From: an uncultured virus (IMG/VR IMGVR_UViG_3300029309_000002) | Taxonomy: Duplodnaviria > Heunggongvirae > Uroviricota > Caudoviricetes | Direction: 5' to 3' (one strand) | DNA: 54,714 bases | Virus record (IMG/VR): IMGVR_UViG_3300029309_000002 | Shown: piece by piece, positions 9,021 through 16,007 of the stretch | Numbering within the stretch: position 1 is the first letter of the stretch | Layout: each line of letters starts with the position of its first letter | Position numbers and translations under genes: made by a program | Notes under the pieces: model-generated | Seen by the model: the letters and a program-made list of their open reading frames with translations, nothing else | What the model was told of the DNA's origin: nothing | The model's database searches: none

Positions 9021-9142
9021 CTATTGGTCATATAATTTTTTTTATAATTCTTATTGTTGCTTTTAATATAATAAGTAAAGAGATAGATAATGGCAGTCAA
9101 ATACCAAAAGACAAAGACTCTCGTTACAAAGACCAACAATAA
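9017..9142 (+). CDS. Small single-TM peptide (41 aa, not in ORF track)
   Basis: ATGA overlap with the previous stop; MTIGHIIFFIILIVAFNIISKEIDNG...; overlaps the next gene by 53 nt, which weakens the call. Confidence 0.4.
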   Translation: MTIGHIIFFIILIVAFNIISKEIDNGSQIPKDKDSRYKDQQ

Positions 9143-9926
9143 TAGTTCTGATTGCATAGCCCCTAATATAATCTACGGATGTATGGGGGGCTGTGTGAAC
9201 ACCTATTGTTATATGGCAAGATATAATGGTAAAAGAGTTTTTGTAAACCAAAACGTTAATGACATATTTAAGTCTGTGCTTGACTGGGAAGCCGGGTATA
9301 CTAAAGTACCTAACCAGCAAGATCCAGTATATACAATGGTAGACATAGCTTGTAACTCAGATTTAGTTCTGATGCAAAAGTTTATGCCTGAACCTTTACA
9401 TGATTACCTTAAGCGCTTTGATGATCATCCCCGCTTGAATAGTACTATGGCTACTAAGTATCCAGGATTACTTAAACTTGATGTGAATCATTTCAAAAAA
9501 CCACCAAGAGTAAGGGTAAGCTTGATGCCTCAGAAGTATTCAGATGTTCTTGAACCTAAAATGCAAAAGATCCACTCTAGAATAAAAGATGTAGATAGGC
9601 TTAAGATGCTAGGATGGGAAGTACACTTAAACTACAGTCCCCTGGTGTTTTATCCTGGTTGGAGAGAAGAGTATAATGATCTATTCTCTGAAGTTAATGC
9701 ATATGCAGGAGAGAACAAGTGTGAAGTTATTGCACTTACTAATCATGTTAACCAAATGATAAAAGCTAGTGATGAGGCACGTGAGATCATGAAGTATTCT
9801 AGAGAAGCAAAGAATGCATCAGGAGTAATGCGCTATCCTCTGGCACATAAGAAGAGATTACTTGGAGATTTCAAAAAGATATACTCCACGTATTTTAATA
9901 TAAACACTATAAGATATATATTTTAA
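9090..9926 (+). CDS. Spore photoproduct lyase-like radical SAM protein
   Basis: GCMGGCVNTYCY Cys triad, DIACNSD, ATK, RVRVSLMP...LEP and HLNYSP, as in SplB-like proteins. Confidence 0.8.
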   Translation: MAVKYQKTKTLVTKTNNNSSDCIAPNIIYGCMGGCVNTYCYMARYNGKRVFVNQNVNDIFKSVLDWEAGYTKVPNQQDPVYTMVDIACNSDLVLMQKFMPEPLHDYLKRFDDHPRLNSTMATKYPGLLKLDVNHFKKPPRVRVSLMPQKYSDVLEPKMQKIHSRIKDVDRLKMLGWEVHLNYSPLVFYPGWREEYNDLFSEVNAYAGENKCEVIALTNHVNQMIKASDEAREIMKYSREAKNASGVMRYPLAHKKRLLGDFKKIYSTYFNINTIRYIF

Positions 9927-10157
9927 ATGGAAAAAGAAGACATATTATATTTATTAGAAAATAAGATCTGGGTGTCTTGTCACCCTGTAAAAAAGAAAAT
10001 CAATGTTTATAACAAACAAAAATGGGAAATGGCTATCTATGAAAAGCAAGGAGCCAGATGGTTGAAAAGAAAAAGAAAACTATTCAACCACCCAGCTTCC
10101 GCATATGAATGGGCTCAACAATATTTAATAAAGAATATTTTAGCTTTTAGTGAATAA
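9927..10157 (+). CDS. Hypothetical phage protein, last gene of the + strand block
   Basis: 76-aa ORF directly abutting the SPL-like gene; overlaps the convergent gene by 18 nt. Confidence 0.65.
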   Translation: MEKEDILYLLENKIWVSCHPVKKKINVYNKQKWEMAIYEKQGARWLKRKRKLFNHPASAYEWAQQYLIKNILAFSE

Positions 10158-10502
10158 AGCGTATTCAAGTACTACTGCAGAACTTGATGCTTCAGCTTGT
10201 AATCCTTTAGTAGCTTTTACAGGAATAAATGCAAATTCACCTGGACCTAAATCTATTGTAGCGTTACCTGCACCGTCTGAAAATACAGCAGTATTAGTAT
10301 TGTCTGTATTTTTAGCATAGATGTAAGTCACATCTGCTGCTGTTGTATCTACAAGTGCAATTTTTGTAGCTGCAACAGATATTCTTGCTATACCTATAGT
10401 TGGTTCTTTAGTTCCTAGTGTTTTATTTACTACTATGCTCAAGCTATCACTTGTTGCGTTAGCTGAACTAATGGTTAGTTGTGTTGTTACTGATGATGCC
10501 AT
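10140..10502 (-). CDS. Ala/Thr-rich beta-type protein, possible virion component
   Basis: 120 aa; YIYAKNTD and LGPGEFAFIP motifs are suggestive of small phage structural proteins. Confidence 0.7.
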   Translation of the reverse strand: MASSVTTQLTISSANATSDSLSIVVNKTLGTKEPTIGIARISVAATKIALVDTTAADVTYIYAKNTDNTNTAVFSDGAGNATIDLGPGEFAFIPVKATKGLQAEASSSAVVLEYALFTKS

Positions 10503-10520
10503 TTTTTTTATTTTTAATTG

Positions 10521-10796
10521 TTAAACCCTTTTTTTTCTAGTTTTAGGGTAGTTTCTTTTACTACCCTTAACTCTACTCTTTTCTTTTTTACCACGGTTCT
10601 TAGAAGATGACATTACAACCGTCTTCTTTGAGCGTGGACCATTTGGGTGATGAAGATCTTTTCCATCTCCCCTACGTACTTTACCAACTTTAAGACCCTG
10701 TCTACGGGCTTTGTTCCTAGCCGCTCTATCTTTCTTTGCTTTAGTAGAGGACTGGAACTTCTTATATTCCCTTTTATAGTTTCTCTTTGCTGGCAT
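10521..10796 (-). CDS. Small basic HNH-like protein
   Basis: RAARNKARR...GDGKDLHH...SKNR pattern; very Lys/Arg-rich. Confidence 0.7.
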   Translation of the reverse strand: MPAKRNYKREYKKFQSSTKAKKDRAARNKARRQGLKVGKVRRGDGKDLHHPNGPRSKKTVVMSSSKNRGKKEKSRVKGSKRNYPKTRKKRV

Positions 10797-10800
10797 ACAT

Positions 10801-10817
10801 TATAATATACTAAAATT
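10801..10817 (-). promoter_or_regulatory. Putative phage late promoter (AATTTTAGTATATTATA on - strand)
   Basis: One of four near-identical copies upstream of - strand genes. Confidence 0.6.
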
Positions 10818-10968
10818 ATAGCTCAAATCCTAGATTACAGATCATAAATCTGAACCTCTTTGATTCCCACTTTAATTCTAATACAGTAAAAGTACCCAAT
10901 CTAAACTCTAGATAGTACTTCTCTTTTTTGTTACCGGCTGCAAAGCCGTTTATCCAATCTATTTTCAT
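10816..10968 (-). CDS. Hypothetical 50-aa protein (not in ORF track)
   Basis: MKIDWINGFAAGNKKEKYYLEFRLGTFTVLELKWESKRFRFMICNLGFEL; fills the gap exactly. Confidence 0.65.
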   Translation of the reverse strand: MKIDWINGFAAGNKKEKYYLEFRLGTFTVLELKWESKRFRFMICNLGFEL

Positions 10969-10969
10969 T

Positions 10970-11341
10970 CTATTTTCTTTTGCCACCGTGGTATGCTACA
11001 GCATGTCCCTCAGTGATTAGTAATTGATTTACATTTTTTAGAGTTAAGCAGTCTTTACCATCTAACACATCTACGTGTAGTTCACCTAGACATCTACCAT
11101 ACTTACCTACACCAAAGGAATTTAGTTGTATTGATTTGGCCCCTTCTAGTATAGCTTTAAGTCTATCTTTGGCTGCTAACCCTCTTGCTTTTTCTTCAAG
11201 GTCTCTTGTTCTTGACTCAGGAGTATTAATACCATGTAGTCTTATACGTTTTTTAACTTTAACACTGAAGCCTAGATCTATATAAGCATCTACGGTGTCT
11301 CCATCTACACAACGTATTAATTCAATATTATAGGTATACAT
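10970..11341 (-). CDS. Thermonuclease (staphylococcal nuclease-like)
   Basis: VDGDT, RIRLHGINTPE, GKYGRCL and LITEGHA..Y motifs. Confidence 0.88.
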   Translation of the reverse strand: MYTYNIELIRCVDGDTVDAYIDLGFSVKVKKRIRLHGINTPESRTRDLEEKARGLAAKDRLKAILEGAKSIQLNSFGVGKYGRCLGELHVDVLDGKDCLTLKNVNQLLITEGHAVAYHGGKRK

Positions 11342-11736
11342 TACTTCTTCTTTACCTTTTCTATTGATCTTCCTCCAAAGTATGCACCAATAACTGTTAT
11401 CAAAACAAGTTGTAACAGGTCAGTCCATTTCTCCTCTACTTCAAAGCTTATTGCACCTGCGTCAATAAATATTAACAACATTGTGCAAACAATAAGAAAT
11501 ATAAGCACCATAGGTCTTACATTCTTAGATAACCAACTGTCTGAGTTCATGTCTGCAGTCCAGCGGTTAGTTATTTGTTTCTCCATCTCAGCCTCATGGC
11601 TCAAGATGAGTTCCTTTAGTTTTCTTTTGGCTTCTAGCTTTTCCTCTTTACTAGTGGTTAGATTATCTAATACACCACCAACAGATTCAACTAGATCACC
11701 TCCAGCGGAACTAAAGATCTTCTTTAAAATACTCAT
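11341..11736 (-). CDS. Holin-like membrane protein (GTA_holin_3TM-like)
   Basis: TSKEEKLEAK, SDSWLSKNVRP followed by TM segments and YFGGRS.EK. Confidence 0.75.
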   Translation of the reverse strand: MSILKKIFSSAGGDLVESVGGVLDNLTTSKEEKLEAKRKLKELILSHEAEMEKQITNRWTADMNSDSWLSKNVRPMVLIFLIVCTMLLIFIDAGAISFEVEEKWTDLLQLVLITVIGAYFGGRSIEKVKKK

Positions 11737-11739
11737 ATA

Positions 11740-11904
11740 TTAACGTGTTTGTCCTCCGCAACCACATCCACCTGCTTTTTTTACCGGTCTAGATGGCATA
11801 GACAGCTTTGTTAGTAGACTTGCTTGTCCACCGTTACCTGCCTTTGGAAGGAGTTTTCCTTTTGCAGCTGGTCTTGTGCTTCTTCTTGATCCTTTAAATC
11901 CCAT
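11740..11904 (-). CDS. Small basic Gly-rich protein (54 aa, not in ORF track)
   Basis: MGFKGSRRSTRPAAKGKLLPKAGNGGQASLLTKLSMPSRPVKKAGGCGCGGQTR; start overlaps the upstream stop. Confidence 0.65.
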   Translation of the reverse strand: MGFKGSRRSTRPAAKGKLLPKAGNGGQASLLTKLSMPSRPVKKAGGCGCGGQTR

Positions 11905-12194
11905 TACTTAACTTTTTTACCTAGCTTTTTAGCTAGAGCATTAAATAACTTCATAGCACCTTTCATCTGCTTACCTTGTTGAGCACGGACCATATTCATA
12001 ACATCATTAGGCATAGACATACCTGTGCCCATACGTGCTCTTCTCATATAAGCTCCACCTCCACCATACATAGTTTTTGAACCTGCTGTTCCACCTTCTT
12101 GTCTGTAGCTTCTTCTTTTTTTACTTTTCATTTTTTTCTTAGAGCCTCCTCCTGTTCCGTAGGACATACCTGCTCTTCTCATATTTGCTGGCAT
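11904..12194 (-). CDS. Small basic Gly/Met/Lys-rich protein
   Basis: 96-aa low-complexity ORF with repeated xxGG motifs. Confidence 0.7.
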   Translation of the reverse strand: MPANMRRAGMSYGTGGGSKKKMKSKKRRSYRQEGGTAGSKTMYGGGGAYMRRARMGTGMSMPNDVMNMVRAQQGKQMKGAMKLFNALAKKLGKKVK

Positions 12195-12198
12195 AATT

Positions 12199-12315
12199 TT
12201 AATCTTTTTTAGTTAAACAATCATCATTTTTTCCACAACATTTGTCTGCGCACCACTTAAGTGATACAGTGTTAAACGTTATCAAACACACTGCTTTACA
12301 TATGAATTCTTTCAT
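12199..12315 (-). CDS. Small Cys-rich protein (38 aa, not in ORF track)
   Basis: MKEFICKAVCLITFNTVSLKWCADKCCGKNDDCLTKKD; ATGA overlap with the upstream gene. Confidence 0.55.
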   Translation of the reverse strand: MKEFICKAVCLITFNTVSLKWCADKCCGKNDDCLTKKD

Positions 12316-12527
12316 TTGTTTTTAATTTTTTCTAATGAGCTAATTCCAAAACTCCCTAGGGTTACTATTACAAAACTATTATATATAACATCATTTATTA
12401 CAAGTTCCATCCCAGATAGGCCAGTAATAAGATCAGCAATAGCAAATAATACCATTAATATAAAAGAGGCAAAACCTACTATTGCTTTCTCATTGATGTC
12501 ATTTTTATCTTTAAATATACTCCACAT
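12312..12527 (-). CDS. Small two-TM membrane protein (holin-like)
   Basis: Two hydrophobic helices; C-terminal GSFGISSLEK. Confidence 0.7.
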   Translation of the reverse strand: MWSIFKDKNDINEKAIVGFASFILMVLFAIADLITGLSGMELVINDVIYNSFVIVTLGSFGISSLEKIKNK

Positions 12528-12554
12528 AGTTAATCACTATCATCATTATAATTA

Positions 12555-13001
12555 CTATGATGCAGACTCATCAGCAACACTCCAAGTTATAGCTGCTCTT
12601 GCTGGACTTACATTGGCTAATGGATATGGAAAACCTAATGTATCTACATGATAAAGTCTTGTATTTGACTCTAATGCATTTTGCCATTCAGTTAAAAAAT
12701 ATTTACCGTTTTCTGCTAACTTTACCTCGTTGTCAGATCCAGGAGCTGAAAAAGACCAAGCAGCAACTTTTAATGTATCTGGTTTTAGTGCAGTACCTAC
12801 ATCTAAAGCTGTTAAAGTCTTAACATAAAATGTAGTAAAGTCAGAACTCTTACCTATAGTTCTTACTGAAAAGTCTACATCTTTTATATCTGCTAAAGGG
12901 ATCATCATGGCACTACCTTTCTGCCCATCTCCTATCATTAAAAATTTTTCCTCAATAGGGATTCTGGTTTGATGTTGCTTAGTTGAATTTATTAAACCCA
13001 T
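12555..13001 (-). CDS. Hypothetical late protein
   Basis: 148-aa ORF preceded by the late-promoter-like motif. Confidence 0.75.
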   Translation of the reverse strand: MGLINSTKQHQTRIPIEEKFLMIGDGQKGSAMMIPLADIKDVDFSVRTIGKSSDFTTFYVKTLTALDVGTALKPDTLKVAAWSFSAPGSDNEVKLAENGKYFLTEWQNALESNTRLYHVDTLGFPYPLANVSPARAAITWSVADESAS

Positions 13002-13032
13002 TTTTTTATCTTTTATTAATTAATACTTATAT

Positions 13033-13048
13033 TATAATATACAAAATT
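13033..13048 (-). promoter_or_regulatory. Putative phage late promoter (AATTTTGTATATTATA on - strand)
   Basis: Copy of the repeated motif, 31 nt upstream of the ATG at 13001. Confidence 0.6.
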
Positions 13049-13490
13049 ATTTTGTAATATGCACATCTATACCAGGATTTGTGTTACGCACATTACACCC
13101 CGCACCCTCAGCTGGTATATCTACTCTAAATGCTATTTGTAAATCTTCTTCTTCAATGGTTGTAGCAGACTTACCAATTACATATGAAAATGCTCTATCA
13201 AAGTAATGTCTATCTATTGTTAGTGTCTCACCCTTAGCTAAAGGTTTTTGATAATATATATAGAATCCATCATTAATAGGGATTAATGCTGTTGAACCAT
13301 TTAATGAACCTTTTATAAAGGCTACAGTAAGTAATAGCCCCTGCGCACAACTATTGACATTACATATAGTAATCTTATTTACCTTAGTTCCATCTTCATG
13401 ATCTGCTGTAGGTCCTGCATTACCAACAACCTGTAATGATCCATTAGTATCTATTCTATGAAATATTGTTTTTATTTCTCCAGATCTCAT
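13047..13490 (-). CDS. Hypothetical beta-rich protein, possible virion component
   Basis: 147-aa ORF; KITICNV...LAKGETL pattern. Confidence 0.7.
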   Translation of the reverse strand: MRSGEIKTIFHRIDTNGSLQVVGNAGPTADHEDGTKVNKITICNVNSCAQGLLLTVAFIKGSLNGSTALIPINDGFYIYYQKPLAKGETLTIDRHYFDRAFSYVIGKSATTIEEEDLQIAFRVDIPAEGAGCNVRNTNPGIDVHITK

Positions 13491-13669
13491 TTCTTCTTAC
13501 GTTTTTTAGCAATTTTTTTAAGTGTCTTAGCAAATCTACATCTATAACCGGCCTTTTTACTAGGTGGGTTCTTGCAGTATTGTGCTATAGTCATACCTTT
13601 ACGCTTGGCAGCAGCAGTTAGTGAGCCAGGCTTTTTTATAGCTTTCTTTATGTCAAGTTTCTTTGCCAT
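13487..13669 (-). CDS. Small basic protein (KKAIKKPGSL...RCRFAKTL)
   Basis: Start more likely at 13669 (TAATG overlap), giving a 60-aa Lys-rich protein. Confidence 0.7.
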   Translation of the reverse strand: MAKKLDIKKAIKKPGSLTAAAKRKGMTIAQYCKNPPSKKAGYRCRFAKTLKKIAKKRKKK

Positions 13670-13935
13670 TAACACTTCCACCTTTTTCTTGCTAGACAAG
13701 CTCTTTTCTTAGGAGTCTTTCTGCAATCTATTCTAAACTTTTTAATCTGACCTAGGTTTCTTGCACAAAAAGATCTTTTACGTGGTCCACCTCCAGGTTG
13801 TGGTGCTTTAAGTTTAGACCCGGTTTTTCTATTGATCATCTTACGGCCCTTAGCAGTAAGACCACCTGACTTGCTTTTACAACCATTCTTGATTGTACAG
13901 CCTGACATTCCTCCTTTTTTACTTCTTTTAGGCAT
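13669..13935 (-). CDS. Small basic protein, DUF6321-like
   Basis: GGLTAKGRK...GSKLKAP...RKRSFCAR...ARKRWKC pattern recalled from phage DUF6321 proteins. Confidence 0.7.
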   Translation of the reverse strand: MPKRSKKGGMSGCTIKNGCKSKSGGLTAKGRKMINRKTGSKLKAPQPGGGPRKRSFCARNLGQIKKFRIDCRKTPKKRACLARKRWKC

Positions 13936-14159
13936 TATTTTCCAACTTTTTTCTGTGCCATTTTATGAGAAGCTCCAAATGATGCACCATTTTTCATAGC
14001 ATTAACCATCATTGCTATATGCTTTTTTGAATGATGCACAGAATGTTTTTCAAGTGTTTTTTGTTGTCTCATTGTTAAAGCGCATACGTCAACACCTTTT
14101 ACTTTACCTATACATGCAGTCTTTTTTTGACCACCTTTTTTATAATATCTTTTATTCAT
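13935..14159 (-). CDS. Small basic His-rich protein
   Basis: LTMRQQKTLEKHSVHHSKKH...SHKMAQKKVGK; TAATG coupling to the next gene. Confidence 0.7.
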   Translation of the reverse strand: MNKRYYKKGGQKKTACIGKVKGVDVCALTMRQQKTLEKHSVHHSKKHIAMMVNAMKNGASFGASHKMAQKKVGK

Positions 14160-14164
14160 TATTT

Positions 14165-14386
14165 CTACTTTTTTTTAGTTTTACGTTTTTTCCAGCTGAT
14201 TCTCTTTGGACCAGTTTTTTTTCTAGCTGCAGAAGTACACTGTGCTTTAGTTGGTCTACAAGCAGGATAAGCTCTCTTAGATCCGCCCTTTGCAGACTTT
14301 CTTCCACAAGGTTTACCGGTCTTGCAGTCTATCCAACCTTTACCGTTATTTCTACTAAACCATTTATGTAAGCTTTCTTTAGCCAT
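14165..14386 (-). CDS. Small basic Cys-containing protein
   Basis: SLHKWF...WIDCKTGKPCGR...YPACRP. Confidence 0.72.
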   Translation of the reverse strand: MAKESLHKWFSRNNGKGWIDCKTGKPCGRKSAKGGSKRAYPACRPTKAQCTSAARKKTGPKRISWKKRKTKKK

Positions 14387-14547
14387 TATTTTTTCTTTTT
14401 AGACTTATTGCCCCAGTTAGCAGCACCAACTTTTCTACATCTTACCAATGCACCGGATGCATAAGCTGAAGGCCATACACTATATCTTGCTCTTACTTTA
14501 TTGTAACAAGCATCTCTTTTAGCTTTTTTCTTTTTTTTCTTTGCCAT
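14386..14547 (-). CDS. Small basic protein (53 aa, not in ORF track)
   Basis: MAKKKKKKAKRDACYNKVRARYSVWPSAYASGALVRCRKVGAANWGNKSKKKK; TAATG overlap with the next gene. Confidence 0.75.
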   Translation of the reverse strand: MAKKKKKKAKRDACYNKVRARYSVWPSAYASGALVRCRKVGAANWGNKSKKKK

Positions 14548-14550
14548 AAT

Positions 14551-15606
14551 TTATCTTATTAAATAGTTAACACCTACTTTAAAATCGTACCACTTCCTGT
14601 CCCAGTACTTATTATATACTCCCTCAACAAAGGTCCCTAGGTTCTTTGTTATCTTGTATCCAAAGATGATTCCAGTAGAATAATCCAACCATTGTTCACC
14701 ATCATTGAAGTTATGGTAAGAATACTGACCACCATCATTATAGTGATAAGGAAGCAAGTTACCCCAGGAATGTAACCAGAAGTCTTTCTTATAAGTATAA
14801 TAATCAAATCCAATAATCAGAGAGTGCACCCATTGCCTGTCAAGCTTATCTTTCTCATTTCTAGTATAGTCTGAGATAACACCGGGGATCACAACTTCTT
14901 CCCAAACCTCTGGGGATGTTGCTACTAACTTACCACTTGGATCGTAATACTCACTGTTGTACACATCTACAGAGTATCCTTCCTGTATTGCTAGATAAGT
15001 ATAGTGAATGCCACCATTGTCTAGCAACCAAATAGACAAAGGATCAAACCCATATGGTTGTGAAATTCTCTGACATGCCCCTATGTTAAAAGAGAGCTTT
15101 TTATCTGATCTTAACCTAAGTCTTTGTGATGCTTGGAAATACTCTATGTCTGCAAATCCATCTTGTATATACTGCACCTTCGTCATCCACTTGTTAGCTA
15201 CATATCTAATGAAGTGTTGTTGGTCTATATACTTAACTCCTTGTTGTCGCCTTATGTCTATTTCAGATAAATACTCAAACTTACCCTTAAGTCTCCCTAA
15301 TGTAGCTGCATCGTTATATGAAGTCTCTGTTCCATCCTTAAATGGTGTAGCTGGTTCATACTGAAATCTTTGTATCTTTCGTACTCCAAACGTTGCTGAG
15401 TAATCAAACGGTGTCTTTACAACATCTTCTGTTAGTAGCCCAGTTGTAACGGAAAAAACACTCTGATCTGAAATAGAGTTACCCCCATTAACTGCTGTAT
15501 AAAAAGTAGAATACTTAAAAAACCCATCAAACGGATTCTGAGCACAACACTTTTTTGGCGCTACACATGATGCTAGAAATAATATGACTATTAATATAAT
15601 TCTCAT
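14551..15606 (-). CDS. Exported putative outer-membrane beta-barrel protein
   Basis: N-terminal signal (LASC lipobox or CCA|Q cleavage), amphipathic aromatic-rich strands and C-terminal DFKVGVNYL resembling a beta-signal. Confidence 0.6.
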   Translation of the reverse strand: MRIILIVILFLASCVAPKKCCAQNPFDGFFKYSTFYTAVNGGNSISDQSVFSVTTGLLTEDVVKTPFDYSATFGVRKIQRFQYEPATPFKDGTETSYNDAATLGRLKGKFEYLSEIDIRRQQGVKYIDQQHFIRYVANKWMTKVQYIQDGFADIEYFQASQRLRLRSDKKLSFNIGACQRISQPYGFDPLSIWLLDNGGIHYTYLAIQEGYSVDVYNSEYYDPSGKLVATSPEVWEEVVIPGVISDYTRNEKDKLDRQWVHSLIIGFDYYTYKKDFWLHSWGNLLPYHYNDGGQYSYHNFNDGEQWLDYSTGIIFGYKITKNLGTFVEGVYNKYWDRKWYDFKVGVNYLIR

Positions 15607-15616
15607 AATTTTATTT

Positions 15617-16003
15617 TTATGCTGCCTTTACTCTAGTTCCAGCTTTTGCATAAGCTACTAAATAACTTCCTGTTTTAGGATCTATCCTTTTAAATTTTCC
15701 AAGTATTTCATCTTGAGCACTAAGTCTTATATTAGTAGGATATGCTCCCATACCTGTAGAAGTTGGACCTGATGCACCTGTTACTCCTAGGACTTCCCAA
15801 CTATCTGATGGAGTCATACCAGGTGCGGGATTTACAACTAACTCTGAAGTTCCAAGTGCTACTATTTTATAGAAGAAGCCATTTTCAGCTACTACACCTT
15901 TATCTCCTACTAATACTGTAATACCAGGTAAAACTACTTCTGCAGTATTGTCTTCTGTTTTTGCAGCGTAACGCTCCATAGGTTGTCTATTTGTTGTTGC
16001 CAT
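15617..16003 (-). CDS. Hypothetical protein
   Basis: 128-aa ORF between the T9SS-CTD and beta-barrel-like genes; no signal peptide. Confidence 0.72.
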   Translation of the reverse strand: MATTNRQPMERYAAKTEDNTAEVVLPGITVLVGDKGVVAENGFFYKIVALGTSELVVNPAPGMTPSDSWEVLGVTGASGPTSTGMGAYPTNIRLSAQDEILGKFKRIDPKTGSYLVAYAKAGTRVKAA

Positions 16004-16007
16004 AATT

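Noticed and set aside
12528..12557. Run of in-frame stops (TAG TAA TTA TAA TGA TGA TAG TGA) after the 148-aa gene, suggesting a frameshift or readthrough signal
   Set aside because: The alternative frame adds only a few residues (SNYNDDSD) and no slippery site is evident; likely low-complexity spacer or a decayed tail.
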